Source: Podarcis tiliguerta
Lineage: Eukaryota
Assembly (NCBI GenBank): GCA_965153285.1
Contig: OZ229116.1
Reading direction: 5' to 3' (one strand)
Length of the DNA: 64,000 nucleotides
A model generated the notes under the pieces. The model was not told the DNA's origin. It was given only the letters and a program-made list of their open reading frames with translations, and did no database searches. Numbering within the stretch: position 1 is the first letter of the stretch; the number at the start of each line of letters is the position of its first letter. The position numbers and the translations under genes were made by a program. Below, in pieces: positions 52,767 to 64,000 of the stretch.

Positions 52767-53071
52767 CAGTGGCGTAGCGTGGGTTGTCAGCACCCGGGGC
52801 AAGACAAGTAATTTGCGCCCCCCCTGCACTGTCCCTCCCCCAGATAGTCCCTCGCTCTCTCTCTGCTCCGCACCGCACCGCACGCCTGGCACCCTCCCCT
52901 CCACAGTGGGCGGCGACCCGGCGGCTCGGATCGGATTCGCACAGCCAGCACTGCAGTGAGAGAGAGTGAGTGAGCCAGGTAGGGGCAGAGAGCTGCGAGT
53001 GCGAGCGCGCCCCCCCCAGATGTTGCGCCCGGTGCGGCCGGCCCCCCCTGCACCCCCACGCTACGCCACTG
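52767..53071. mobile_element. Young GC-rich hAT MITE nested in an older hAT-like element (about 52505-53300)
   Basis: 17-bp TIR CAGTGGCGTAGCGTGGG; perfect 8-bp TSD ctgggaca. Confidence 0.92.
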
Positions 53072-53447
53072 CTGGGACAGCATCCAGGGTGGTGGCAGCT
53101 AGCCTGAAATGCCACTGATCCTCAAAGGAATTAAGCATACTTCTTGTCTTGATTCAGGTTAGAGAGTGGTGTGTGTACATATATATATACAACTCTGTTG
53201 AACAAAGGTAAAATTAACATTCATTGCTCCACCCACCCACCACCATGTGGCCCTCAGAGGTTTGCCCCAATGGGAATATGGCTCTGAGTCCACAACTCTG
53301 ATTTATATCATGTGAACAATGTGATAAGTAAAATTTCACCTTTGGTAATTTCCTTCAAGGTGGTCCTTGTGTTCAAGCCTGGATGAATTAATATTTTGGG
53401 CATTTGAAGTTATTTATAGTATAAATTCATTGTCTAAAAGACTGGAG

Positions 53448-53770
53448 CATGGGTAGGCAAACTAAGGCCCAGGGGCCGGATCCAACCCAATCACCTTCTA
53501 AATCTGGCCCGTGGACAGTCCAGGAATCAGCGTGTTTTTACATGAGTAGAATCTATCCTTTTATTTAAAATGCATCTCTGGGTTATTTGTGGGGCCTGTC
53601 TGACGTTTTTACATGAGTAGAATATGTGCTTTTATTTAAAACACATCTCTGGGTTATTTGTGGGGCATAGGAATTCATTCATTATTATTTTTCAAAATAT
53701 AGTCCGGCCCCCCCACAAGGTCTGAGGGACAGTGGACTGGCCCCCTGCTGATAAAGTTTGCTGACCCTTG
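53448..53770. mobile_element. hAT-Charlie-like non-autonomous element
   Basis: Termini CATGGGTAGGCAAACT / AGTTTGCTGACCCTTG; internal ~70-bp tandem duplication. Confidence 0.75.
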
Positions 53771-54466
53771 GTCATTGGAGAGTAAGGAATTTTCAAGCAA
53801 ATGCTTGATGCATGCAGCTTATGTCTGCAGATGCAAATTTGTAGGCTGGGGCTTATAAAAATAACATCTAATTGATTCAGGCGCTTACAGCCATAATATG
53901 AAAGGTTATAATTAAATGTCCTATAAGACTTCACAAAAAATGAGAACAAAATCCTTAAAGACTCTCACGTCAGTCCTTAGCCTGCCTATTTGGAAGCCAA
54001 CAGTTCAATCCTATACAAAATCCCTGCTCAGAAGTAAGTTCCATGGAGTTCAGCAAGATTTACTTAAAGGTTCATAGGATTGAAGCCATATTTGCTTGAA
54101 AGCTAAAAACAGCCCCAATGATAACTTCTTCAAGCACAAGGACACTGCAGTAATTCAGTCGTAAAGTAACTAGTGCAGGGACTACTGTGGGCAGGCTCTC
54201 TTAGTCCAGGAATGGCCAGAGCTGTAGCAGCTGGTCAAAGGCACACCAATCACTGAGGCTACCTGAGTTTCCTGTGACAGAGCTGGATCCAGAAGCACCT
54301 GCAAACCGAGAACCTGATCCTTCACATGGAGGGCAACCCCATCCAGGGTGGGCAGCTGACCAATTTCTCAGTCACAGGAACTTCTCACCCATAGTGCCTC
54401 CTGTCCTACATGTAATGCATGTGTTCTACCAGTAAGCAACAGACTTTCACCTAAAATGTAATCTAC

Positions 54467-54755
54467 GCCAGTGTGGTGTAGTGGTTAAGAGTGGTAGACT
54501 CGTAATCTAGTGAACCGGGTTCGGGTCTCCGCTCCGCCACATGCAGCTGCTGGGTGACCTTGGGCTAGTCACACTTCTCTGAAGTCTCTCAGCCCCACTC
54601 ACCTCACAGAGTGTTTGTTGTGGGGCAGGAAGGGAAAGGAGAATGTTAGCCACTTTGAGACTCCTTTGGGTAGTGATAAAGCGGGATATCAAATCCAAAC
54701 TACTACTCTTCTTCTTCTTCTTCTTCTTCTTCTTCTTCTTCTTCTTCTTCTTCTT
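54467..54755 (+). mobile_element. Squam3-like SINE
   Basis: Same family; long (CTT)n tail. Confidence 0.88.
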
Positions 54756-55084
54756 TTATATGGCCATTCCACAAAAATTGTACCGTGATGTGAATGGAGA
54801 CAGGTGCTGTCTTCATTTATTCATTAAATTTGTATACCACCCTTTATCCAAAGATCTCAGAAAAAAACTTTTAAAAGAAAAAAAATACATAATAAAAACA
54901 AGAACAAAACAAACCCATAGCACATTTAAAAGGACATAGAATGTTAATCAGCCAAAGGCCTGGTTGAAGAGGAATGCTCTTGCCTGGCACCTAAAGTTGT
55001 ATAATGAAGGGACCAGGCAAGCCTCCCTGGAGACAGCATTCCACAAAAGGTGGAAGTCACAATCTGTATTCACATGGTGAAATA

Positions 55085-55434
55085 CAGTGGTGCCCCGCAA
55101 GACGAATGCCTCGCAAGACGGAAAACCCGCTAGACGAAAGGGTTTTCCGTTTTGGAGGTGCTTCGCAGGACAAATTTGCTATGGGCTTGCTTCACAAGAC
55201 GAAAATGTCTTGCGATTCCTGGGGGTTTCTTTTCGCTCCTCACCCCCTTTTTCTAAGGCACTAAGCTGCTAATAGCCTTTTAGCAGCTAATCCGCTAATC
55301 CCTTAAGCCTTTAATAGCCGCTAATAGCCGCTAATAGCCGCTAAACCGCTAATGGGCTTGCTTCGCAAGACAAAAAAACCGCTAGACGAAGAGACTCATA
55401 GAACGGATTCTTTTCGTCTTGCGAGCCACCACTG
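55085..55434. mobile_element. Tc1/mariner MITE, family B
   Basis: CAGTGG TIRs, TA TSD, CCGCTAA repeats. Confidence 0.9.
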
Positions 55435-55527
55435 TATTACTATTTCAGGATTAGGCAGTTTTCAGTACTTCAACATTAATTATTATGGTTCTACTATTTA
55501 TTGATAAAAAATATTTCACCCTAGATA

Positions 55528-55717
55528 NNNNNNNNNNNNNNNNNNNNNNNNNNNNNNNNNNNNNNNNNNNNNNNNNNNNNNNNNNNNNNNNNNNNNNNNN
55601 NNNNNNNNNNNNNNNNNNNNNNNNNNNNNNNNNNNNNNNNNNNNNNNNNNNNNNNNNNNNNNNNNNNNNNNNNNNNNNNNNNNNNNNNNNNNNNNNNNNN
55701 NNNNNNNNNNNNNNNNN
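55528..55717. other. Assembly gap
   Basis: 190 N. Confidence 0.99.
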
Positions 55718-55890
55718 TTGTGAATTCCAGATTCACATCTGGATGATGACAGCTCCAAATAAATGTTATGAATACCTCTACTTTTCAGCAAATGCTGCCA
55801 ATCACATTTAGCTGACTGTCACTGCTCATGAGTGTATCACTGAGCTTGGGAACATTGTGGAACTTGTCAACATTCATATGTGAACATCAA
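55718..55890 (-). pseudogene. Candidate exon remnant running into an assembly gap
   Basis: MNVDKFHNVPK... then, with a frameshift, LLKSRGIHNIYLELSSSRC (RGS helix-5-like). Confidence 0.3.
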
Positions 55891-56282
55891 CCACCATAAC
55901 ATTTTGGACATTCTCTGTACCATAGGACTGGACTGAAAGACATTCTTAGTCAGATCCATAACCCTACATATGTTCTGAAGCATAAGCATATTTACCCTGC
56001 CAACACACACACACACACAGAGAGAGAGAGAACCTGCCTGTTTATAACATCACCAATGTCCATGCTTCTGTGTAATGTTCAAATAGAGCATATGGCTGTA
56101 CAATCACATGCACGTGGACCACATATACCTATCCCAGGAACTAAGTGTGTCCTGAACCAACGTGTATTGGGCTTTATTTGAATGTGCCTTTCAGAATTTG
56201 ACATCCATTTATGGATGCTCAGTACCATTGGAAGTGGGGCAGATGCCCACATGAGTAAGGCTCCCCACCATGTGTAGGTTAC

Positions 56283-56499
56283 CATCCCATAACTCTCTCC
56301 AAAATCCCATCAGTGTCAAGTCTCAGTGTACATTTTCATATGATTTAATTTTGGAGATGATCATTTATTGCTTGCAATATTATAAAGGAACATCACTTGG
56401 AAAGAGTGACACAAGTGTTTCTTCTTCAACCTCTTTTTCTGATCCTTCCTAATATGTTCTTAACCTATCTTTCCATCTCCAACAAGTCTCTCACAATCC
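56283..56499 (-). pseudogene. Exon remnant, RGS-like
   Basis: cactttcacag acceptor and ATG|GTAACC donor; DCERLVGDGKIG*EHIRKDQKKRLKKKHL. Joined to the 61 kb exon this gives FW(x)DCERL (cf. RGS22 LWMDIERL). Confidence 0.45.
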
Positions 56500-57595
56500 C
56501 TGTGAAAGTGCTATGCATCTTCACGCTATTAAAATGAAAGATGCAGCGACTTTGTTAGAATGTGACGCCTTTGATTCATTCACTTATGCTCAGCCCACTG
56601 GACTATCTTTGCTGAGCCACTGTTTACAAATGTTTTCATCCTTTACAGAAATGATCTGTTTGTTTGCTGTTGTTGTTATGCCTCTAGAAAGACAGCCCAA
56701 AATGAATCCTAACCATTTTCTCTGAATTACAAACAAAAGTACAATTTAACAATGTAAAGGGGGAAAAAAAGATAAGCCAAACTATTAACTAGCTCATTCT
56801 GATGCACTTAGCTCTGTCATGTTTGGGAGCATAGTCATGCTTATTTAGGGTTGTGCAGAAGGACCCCCCTGATCATAAATCCACCGTTGCTTTCAACTGG
56901 CTCATCTAATCTCATGGTTAAGAACCAGGGAACGAAGAAGACAAATAGAGAGCCACAAAGGAAGCACTTCTTAAATGGGACCAATCATGTGGATTTTAGA
57001 GAAGTCTGGGCAATGTTCAAACAAGGCTGGCCAGTGAACTTTGGCACAGTAAGAGATTAGATTTTTTTTAAAAAAAGGTATGATTATGGCCTACCTCAAA
57101 TGTTAAACTTCGTATTATAAATTAAAAATATACAAATCTAATATTCAAATACTGCCCTCCTACCTGCTACAATTGTATTTAAAAGTATTACATTTTAATT
57201 TATTGTTTAATTGCAATAAATTGCAACTTTTATTAAACAAAACCCAATGATTCAACAGAGGGGCAATAACAAGTCATGTCATTGTAAAGGGGTTCAGCTT
57301 TAACGACAGAGATTAAATATTTAAACTGTATCAGTTTCATTTTCTAACTTCTCCAAACCCCGCCATATAATTTGGCATAATGAAGCCTCTTTGGCAGCAA
57401 CTGGCTCACACAAATAACCAGAAATAAAATAGCAGGGAATCTTTCAGACTGAGCCTGGGGGTTCTCTGGAATACAAGAAAATTCCTGCTGAGAAACCACA
57501 AGATATATGGGTTGAGGCTAGGATTGTTTATTGCTGTTCATGAGCACTTGATTTTGTCTGATGAGCTTTGGCAATAATGCTAAATCAAAGCATTC

Positions 57596-57755
57596 NNNNN
57601 NNNNNNNNNNNNNNNNNNNNNNNNNNNNNNNNNNNNNNNNNNNNNNNNNNNNNNNNNNNNNNNNNNNNNNNNNNNNNNNNNNNNNNNNNNNNNNNNNNNN
57701 NNNNNNNNNNNNNNNNNNNNNNNNNNNNNNNNNNNNNNNNNNNNNNNNNNNNNNN
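57596..57755. other. Assembly gap
   Basis: 160 N. Confidence 0.99.
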
Positions 57756-58721
57756 CAAAAAATGTTTAGGGTTACTCTCATTTTCCTACTCATATTGAAA
57801 TACTGCCCCTGTATGAGGCCAAACTTAGATTCACAAAATCTTTAGGGATACGCGTATACTCCTGCGTACCCCCAGAAAAAAAGCACAGTATCCATCCAAC
57901 ATGGAGGCTATGTAGTTACCTCATTGTTTTCTAGTCCCTGTATCAGGTTGATTCAAGGTTGAAGACAACAATATGAGCCATTAGACAGAGGGGGTTCTGT
58001 TTGCACATTGATGTCACATGATTCTATTATTCTATGTGTATATAAAAGAATAACCAGGGGAAGTTGCACAGGTACAAATTGCATTCAGGCCAGTGTGTTT
58101 ATTGAACGTAAACAAATGTGTAATCACCAACCATTTACCTGTTGCCGTGGCAACCATTTTCAGAGCTTCGGAAGGGATACAGTCAGTAATCTCCGCTAGA
58201 CAATTTAGGAGCAACTGCTAAGAGGGAAGCCTGCCATACAGCATTGGAGCTAAGCTCTTATGTTAGCCTTTGATTCATAGACTTCCATGACCAAATAAAC
58301 TGCCTAAATTATCACCGTGTAGCTCTTGCAACCAGGAAGTCTAAGGCAATCTCTTGCTAGCGGTATTGATCAACAAAAATCCACACATATGCTTCCATTT
58401 CACTGAGAAGGTGTGCTCAAACTAGCATCACTCATACCCTGCAGTGGAGAAAGCTGCAATGTAAATCCGACATTGTGCCCTTCACGTGGTGTTGGACCAC
58501 AACTCCCATCAGCCCCAGGTAGCCTGGGATGATGCAGGGCACCTCATTGGCCACCTCTGCTCCAGTTGATCCCAGTGCTTATTGTGCCTGTCTCATGCAC
58601 TGAGTCTTAAATGCTGGGGGAACACCAAAAAATATAACCTCTACCTTCTGGCTCAAGTGGACTGGCCATTCTACAATCTCAGCAACTACCAACACATTCC
58701 ACTGTGTGCCCCACAGGCTGA

Positions 58722-59617
58722 GGAGAACATTAGATGAGCCTGCTGGGTAAGGTAAGTGGCCCATCTAGTGTGGCATCCTGTTTTCACAGTGAGCACCAAA
58801 ATGCCTATGGGAAGCCTGCAAGCAGACCCTGAGAGCAACGCACTCTCCCCTTCTGTGGTTTCCAGGAACTGGTATTCAGAATCACACTGCCTCCAACTAT
58901 TGGCAGAACATCTGTAGCCATCGTGGCTGGTAGCCATGGATAGTTTGGTCCTCCATGAATTTGTCTAATTCTCATTTAAAACCATCCAAATTAAATTGTC
59001 GGATTATGCCGAAATGGCAAAACTGACTGGAAAGCTCAGGAACCAGGAAGACCAAAGCTTTAATACGGAATGGGGGGAAATTATAATTTACCTTGGAGAC
59101 TACTGTTAAACAGTTGATATCACTAGCAGGATTGCAATAACACTTGTAACGAGAGCTATGGACATAAAGGAGTTATAAAAAACCTTGACAATTGAAATAA
59201 AAAGATGCTGTAGAAAAGGTTTAACAACAGAACCCATGGAGGGGAAGGTGGGAAGTTCTGATTGTGGATGTGTTGTGGTATTACTATAATTTTAAATTTG
59301 TAAACCAAATAAAAATTATTTTGAAAAAACAGAAACAATAAAACTATCCAAGTTGGTGGCTATCAATGCCTCCTGTGTGGGCGAGTGTCATGGTTTAGCT
59401 ATGCACTGTGTGAAGAAGTACTTTCTTTTATCTATCTTGAATCTTCCAACATTCAGTTTCATTGGATGTCCCCATGAGTTCTAGGGTTATGAAATAAGGA
59501 GAGAAACTTTATTCTATCCACTTTCTTCATGGCATGCATAATGTAATACACTTCTATCATGTCGCCTCTCACTCATCTTTTCTCTAAAAGTCCAAATGCT
59601 GCAACCTTTCCTCATAG
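58722..59617 (-). mobile_element. CR1/L3 LINE 3' fragment, split by an L1 insertion
   Basis: Minus frame MIEVYYIMHAMKKVD...HPMKLNVGRFKIDKRKYFFTQ plus 3' UTR. Confidence 0.85.
58993..59339 (+). mobile_element. L1 LINE 3' end
   Basis: KLSDYAEMAKLTGKLRNQEDQSFNTEWG C-terminus, AATAAA and an A-rich tail; 15-bp TSD aaaaccatccaaatt/aaaactatccaagtt at a TTT/AAAA site. Confidence 0.8.
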
Positions 59618-60444
59618 TGTTTGAAGAGAAACACGTTTGAAGCAATGGCACCCAGCAAGATATCACAGTGCAAGTGCTTCCTTCCTCTCAATTTTGCACT
59701 TTCTTGTTGTGTATGTCTGTTGCTGTGCAGGGGAGGAAATCCACCCACCTCCAGTGTCTTGCTATCCTCATTGCTTCTAGTCTCATTGTTGTCCTCATCG
59801 TCTCAGTATTAGGTTTGGATGTCCTGAAGAAACAAATATATATACATTTTTAGCAACAACAAAAGTAAAATACCTAGTAAGGCTTCAATTTTTATGCATA
59901 TTTTCTTAGGAGTAAGTACGCTGAACTCAGCGGATGGACTAAAGTGTAAAGCACAGAGGATCATGATGCAAAGTATTTAACATGTGGAACTCAACAGCCA
60001 AAGGATGTAGCCACTACTTAGATGACTTTGAAAAGGGTTAGACTTTCTGGCATGGTGTGGCCCTCCAGGTGTGTTTGCAACACAACTCCCACCATCCCTA
60101 ATGATTGGGGCTGATGGGAGGTGGAATCTAAGAACATCTGAAGGCCATAGATTCCCCACTTCCAGGCTGGATAATTTCATGGATCATAGATGTTTCAAAG
60201 GCTATCAAGCCATGATAACTAAAATGGAATATGCATATTGAATGTTAGGGACCTACAATGGGAAAGAGCCATGCCTTTCTGCCATGCCCATGGACTCCCT
60301 GGAGGCATCTTGCTGGCCAATGTGTGAAATCCTGAGCAAGATGGTATGTTGCCTTTATTGTTTATGCAGAATGTCACTACAAGCTGAGTTGAAGGTTAAC
60401 AAACTTTACCTCTGATGAGTCATGGGAGCCCGCATAAAGTAGTA

Positions 60445-60683
60445 CAGTGGTACCTCAGGTTACAGACACTTCAGGTTACAGACGCTTCAGGTCACAGACT
60501 CCGCTAACCCAGAAATAGTACCTTGAGTTAAGAACTTTGCTTCAGGATGAGAACAGAAATTGCGCAGCGGCGGCGCAGCAGCGGGAGGCACCATCATCTA
60601 AAGTGGTGCTTCAGGTTAAGAACAGTTTCAGGTTAAGAACGGCCCTCCAGAACGAATTAAGTTCTTAACCCGAGGTACCACTG
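60445..60683. mobile_element. Tc1/mariner MITE, family A
   Basis: CAGTGGTACCTC TIRs with TA TSD. Confidence 0.9.
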
Positions 60684-61069
60684 TAGTCAACTTCACCAAC
60701 TAGACCACACCTCTGAGCTTGCCTCCAGAGCCATAGCTATTTCTCTTAAATGCATTATAGATGGATGGTTAGTCTGTTCCATCAGGTTAATCTACAATCC
60801 ACTGAACACAATGGAATTACCTTTCAGTAAACATTCATAGGATTTGACTGCACACTATATGTTTTTAAACTCTTCTAAATGTAAGATGAAACAATGGATG
60901 TTTGTTGTTTGCAAATGATTTCGGAAGATTTAGTACAATGAGCATTTCAGTTTTGTATATGTGTGTTAAATGCAAAACAAATGGGACAATTTGTATATGG
61001 AAAGAAAAAGTGGAGAAAGTGTTACATCTTAGTCAAAGGTTACCAAACACTGAATATGCAAATATTTAC

Positions 61070-61430
61070 CCCAGAAAAGGTTTAGTTTATCCAATCCAGA
61101 TGTTTCATAGTTTATGTAGTTCACAAGAGATATCAAAGAGAGAGAACATAATTTCAAGAAACGGAAGCAGCATTTCGGTGGGGGAAAGGATATGATGATG
61201 AGACACAATACAAAGTACGGTGTCTCTTTTCTAATGCATAAACAAACAGGCAAAATCTAAGGAATAGTGGCAACCTAATTTGGGTGATGTAAACTCTCAC
61301 AGTTCTTTCTCTGGTTCCCCAGGAATTATCACTTATAAGATAATAACAGGTGACAATATGGTGACTGTGCAAACATTCCCCATTAGTTCTGGGTTTGTTT
61401 GCTTTTATCAATACTCCCCACCCTGCCATA
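61070..61430 (-). pseudogene. Exon remnant, RGS22/RGSL1 N-terminal-like region
   Basis: YITQIRLPLFLRF (cf. RGS22 WIKKERLPAFLES); after a frameshift YINYETSGLDKLNLFW, ending at a GTAAAT donor (61069). Confidence 0.45.
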
Positions 61431-62455
61431 ACATTTTCTATTCATCTTTGATCGCATATTCTTCCAGACATGGCTGTCCATGGATGGATCCGATTCCCAC
61501 ATAGTTCAAGTTATGACTTGATGCTTTGATTTCAATGCCTCATATAAATACTCTCTAACATGGTGTTGTGTCCATTAGTGGTGTGTCACCAGAGCAGGAT
61601 TAGGGAATCTTTGGCCTCCAGAGGTTTCTGAACTACAACTCCCATCAGCATTAGGAAGGATGGCCGAAGGCCAGTGAATGTGAGAGCTGTAATGCAGCAA
61701 CACATGGCGAACCAAATATTCCTCACATCTGCACTAGAAGAAAGTACTAGTGTTTGCTAAAAGTGGGGCATCTGGTTTTTTATTATCTACCCTAGCCACT
61801 GCAGCTTAGCATGCCTCCCAAAAAGGACCTCCTGAACTTGGGGAAACTTCTGAAACAGATGGGAGATGGTGCATAGGGCTGCAGTAGAAGACTGGTGAAA
61901 ATTCGGTGCCCTGCTTTGCGTGTATGCAAATGCTTCCCACTTGTGTAAAGCCACCATTGGGTACAGCCCATTGTTTACAACAAGGGTGAGAAACTTATGG
62001 CCCTCCAGATGCTGCAGGATTTCAGGCATGGTCTTCTCCTGGCCCTATCTGGAGATGTTGGAAGTTGAACACGGCACCTTCTGTATGCAAATCAGAGGCT
62101 CTACCCAGCACCAGATTTAGGGAGGTGCAGGAGATTCTCCCACACAGGCCCTAAGCTGGGGGAGCATGGTGATGATGAGATATTTAGGGAGGGGTGCCAA
62201 TGTTTGTCCTCACTCGGAGCACCATATTACCAAAGTCTGCCCCTGCTCTACCACTTCACCAACAACCTCTGGGGAGCCACATCCCTGGCTTTAAAGGGTG
62301 TTAAATATGCCTGTACAATTTTATTCTTTAGCTATTTATCCCACTTGGTGCCCCTCTCATCTTTATATACGAAGCCAACAAAGTTTTCTAGAAGGTTCCA
62401 CCAAAAACCTTCCCCAGGAGGCTGATCACACACATGGGAAGGTGAGATTACATTC

Positions 62456-62910
62456 ACCTTTGCAATTTGCAATCTTCAAGAAGGTAACCCATTTGATTCT
62501 GCAATTTATGACTTGGATTCGGGAGACAAAGGAATGTAGAAAAGTGGTTTTGATGTTGCCTGTTTCCTGGACGCTTGCCAAATTCAGAACATCTTTTGGA
62601 AGCGCAGTAGAGATCTTTTGATTTCTGCTGCCTTTTTATGGTTGGAGCGCAGCTTGTTTCACACATGTGTGTGTCACACACCCTCCCTATTTCTGCTGTG
62701 TTGCACCTGTTCTCGTTGGCTCCTTGAGTTAATTAGACCCTGTTGCATCCTGCCTTACATGGATCCAGCCCTCCTGGAGCCAGGCATAAAGAAGTAGAAG
62801 GTAGATGGATCCAACAATTTTTTCAGCCTTGGACTCCAGTCCTTGCTCTGCTTGACAGTACAGAGTACCAGCACCTTTTGAGAGGCCTTCAGCTACTGTG
62901 GTAGAGGAGC
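62456..62910 (-). pseudogene. Candidate exon remnant(s)
   Basis: cctcctcttcag acceptor at 62910 and GTAAGG donor at 62758. Reads RLKKLLDPSTFYFFM/AWLQE with a frameshift, then HFSTFLCLP at 62520-62546 (cf. FNTFLSLP near the RGSL1 N-terminus) or RIQVINCRIKWVTFLK in another frame. Frame is ambiguous. Confidence 0.35.
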
Positions 62911-63621
62911 CTGAAGAGGAGGCAAGCTTTTAATGGGATAAAATGTAATAGACTCAATTCAGCCCTGAAGTATGCTGGGGGAAAGGTACCTATAAAATGA
63001 TTACACTTATTTTTATTATGTTTTTTTATTATCAGCTTTTTAATTAAAAGTTCATCACATATTCAATAGAGGAAGGGCACAGGAAGAGAGGAAGGGTGAG
63101 GCATTATACAGTGTATCAGTACTGTGCCAGCACCTCGTTTAAAAAATAAAAATCACTGAGCTGCCTTGAACCACTGAGCTGGTTCATGATTTTGGAAAAA
63201 ATATTTTCTCCTTTTAATTAAATGTCTTTGCTTAGCCCATTCTGATGGCGCATGTCTCTTCACACATTCCTGAAGGAGTTCCTCCTATGTCACTACTCAA
63301 GAAGGAAAGGGCCGTCCTGCTGACCTAGCACTTAACAGCACATTGTGGGAGTTTTAAATTTCTATTTATTTTTTAGTATTTGCCACTCATGTTTTAAACC
63401 ACAGTTTTCAGACAAGAAGTGGGTAGTAAACATTAACACAAGTATACAAAGGTTCGCTAATCATTGAGTAAGTGAGGGCCATATTTTAAATGTGATGCTG
63501 CTGTTTGGATGCAATGCGTGAGTTGCTGACTGTTTGCAAATTGACATTTGTGTTCCCTTCTGCTTTTGATACCTGCAAAAAGAATCAGTGAGCACCAACT
63601 GTCCTGTGAAGCCTCACATAC

Positions 63622-63719
63622 CAACTGTACTGTAGGCCTCTTCCTCAAAACGAGCAGATAAAGGGGTCGTTCTCTGCAGGTAGAAGCTCACACAACTGAT
63701 TTTTTTTCCTCTGTACTGC
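63622..63719 (-). pseudogene. Candidate exon remnant
   Basis: ttttattttgcag acceptor and G|GTATGT donor; open frame QYRGKKISCVSFYLQRTTPLSARFEEEAYSTV. A second strong acceptor (ttctttttgcag) follows at 63572. Confidence 0.3.
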
Positions 63720-64000
63720 CTGCAAAATAAAACCCTTAGGCACAAAAAAAAACCCTAGACATAAAAGTGGAGGGTTCTAATGCTGCCTTATTTATTTAAA
63801 AATAATGGAGAAGTTGTCGTTCTCCAGACATTCCTGGACTGTGATTCCATCATCCCTCACTCAGTAGCAGACAGCATGATGGAGATGGGCTTACCCGACC
63901 TCCCTCCAGCAGAGGCGCTGCTGCATACTGGGTCAACGAGCGGAAGGGGTAAGCTGGAGGGGTGAGGTCAGCATGGTGCAAGCACACTGGCAGAAACACT

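Larger units (their letters stand above)
3674..63719 (-). pseudogene. Decayed multi-exon gene encoding a multi-RGS-domain (RGSL1/RGS22-like) protein; may extend beyond the window
   Basis: More than 20 segments on one strand with polypyrimidine-AG acceptors and/or GT donors. Translations give recurring RGS-like motifs (LxFW, FxxYL, LNVS..SP.FF, IExxWF, WxxFL) but contain stops, frameshifts and TE insertions. Family assignment is by eye against remembered RGSL1/RGS22 sequences. Confidence 0.55.

Noticed and set aside
52711-53115. Several overlapping ORFs, apparent CpG island
   Set aside because: GC-rich hAT MITE with a perfect TSD.
36047-54755. tRNA genes
   Set aside because: The tRNA-like A/B boxes are SINE heads followed by SINE bodies and tails.
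55485-57845. ORFs containing X runs
   Set aside because: Artefacts of the N gaps.
1-64000. Intact functional RGSL1 or RGS22 gene; CRISPR or other prokaryotic systems
   Set aside because: Too many independent stops, frameshifts and exonic TE insertions to be sequencing error, and orthology is unproven so no symbol is given. The DNA is vertebrate and has no repeat-spacer arrays.

Overview
Vertebrate (squamate, most likely lacertid lizard) genomic DNA. The taxon is inferred from Sauria/Squam1, Squam3-like and Squam2-like SINEs, Bov-B, CR1, L2, L1 and many hAT and Tc1/mariner MITEs. I see no intact protein-coding or RNA gene, and most ORF-track entries are noise or repeat-derived. The main non-repeat signal is a chain of more than 20 exon-like remnants, all on the minus strand, from about 63.7 kb down to about 3.7 kb. 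Many keep canonical AG/GT splice signals but carry stops, frameshifts and transposon insertions. Their translations repeatedly give RGS-domain helix motifs resembling RGSL1/RGS22, compared from memory with no search run. The simplest reading is the fossil of a very large multi-RGS-domain gene with more RGS-like modules than human RGSL1 or RGS22. A second unexpected signal is that divergent solo-LTR-like elements share a conserved roughly 100-aa peptide encoded from the first bases of the LTR. Two N gaps are present.
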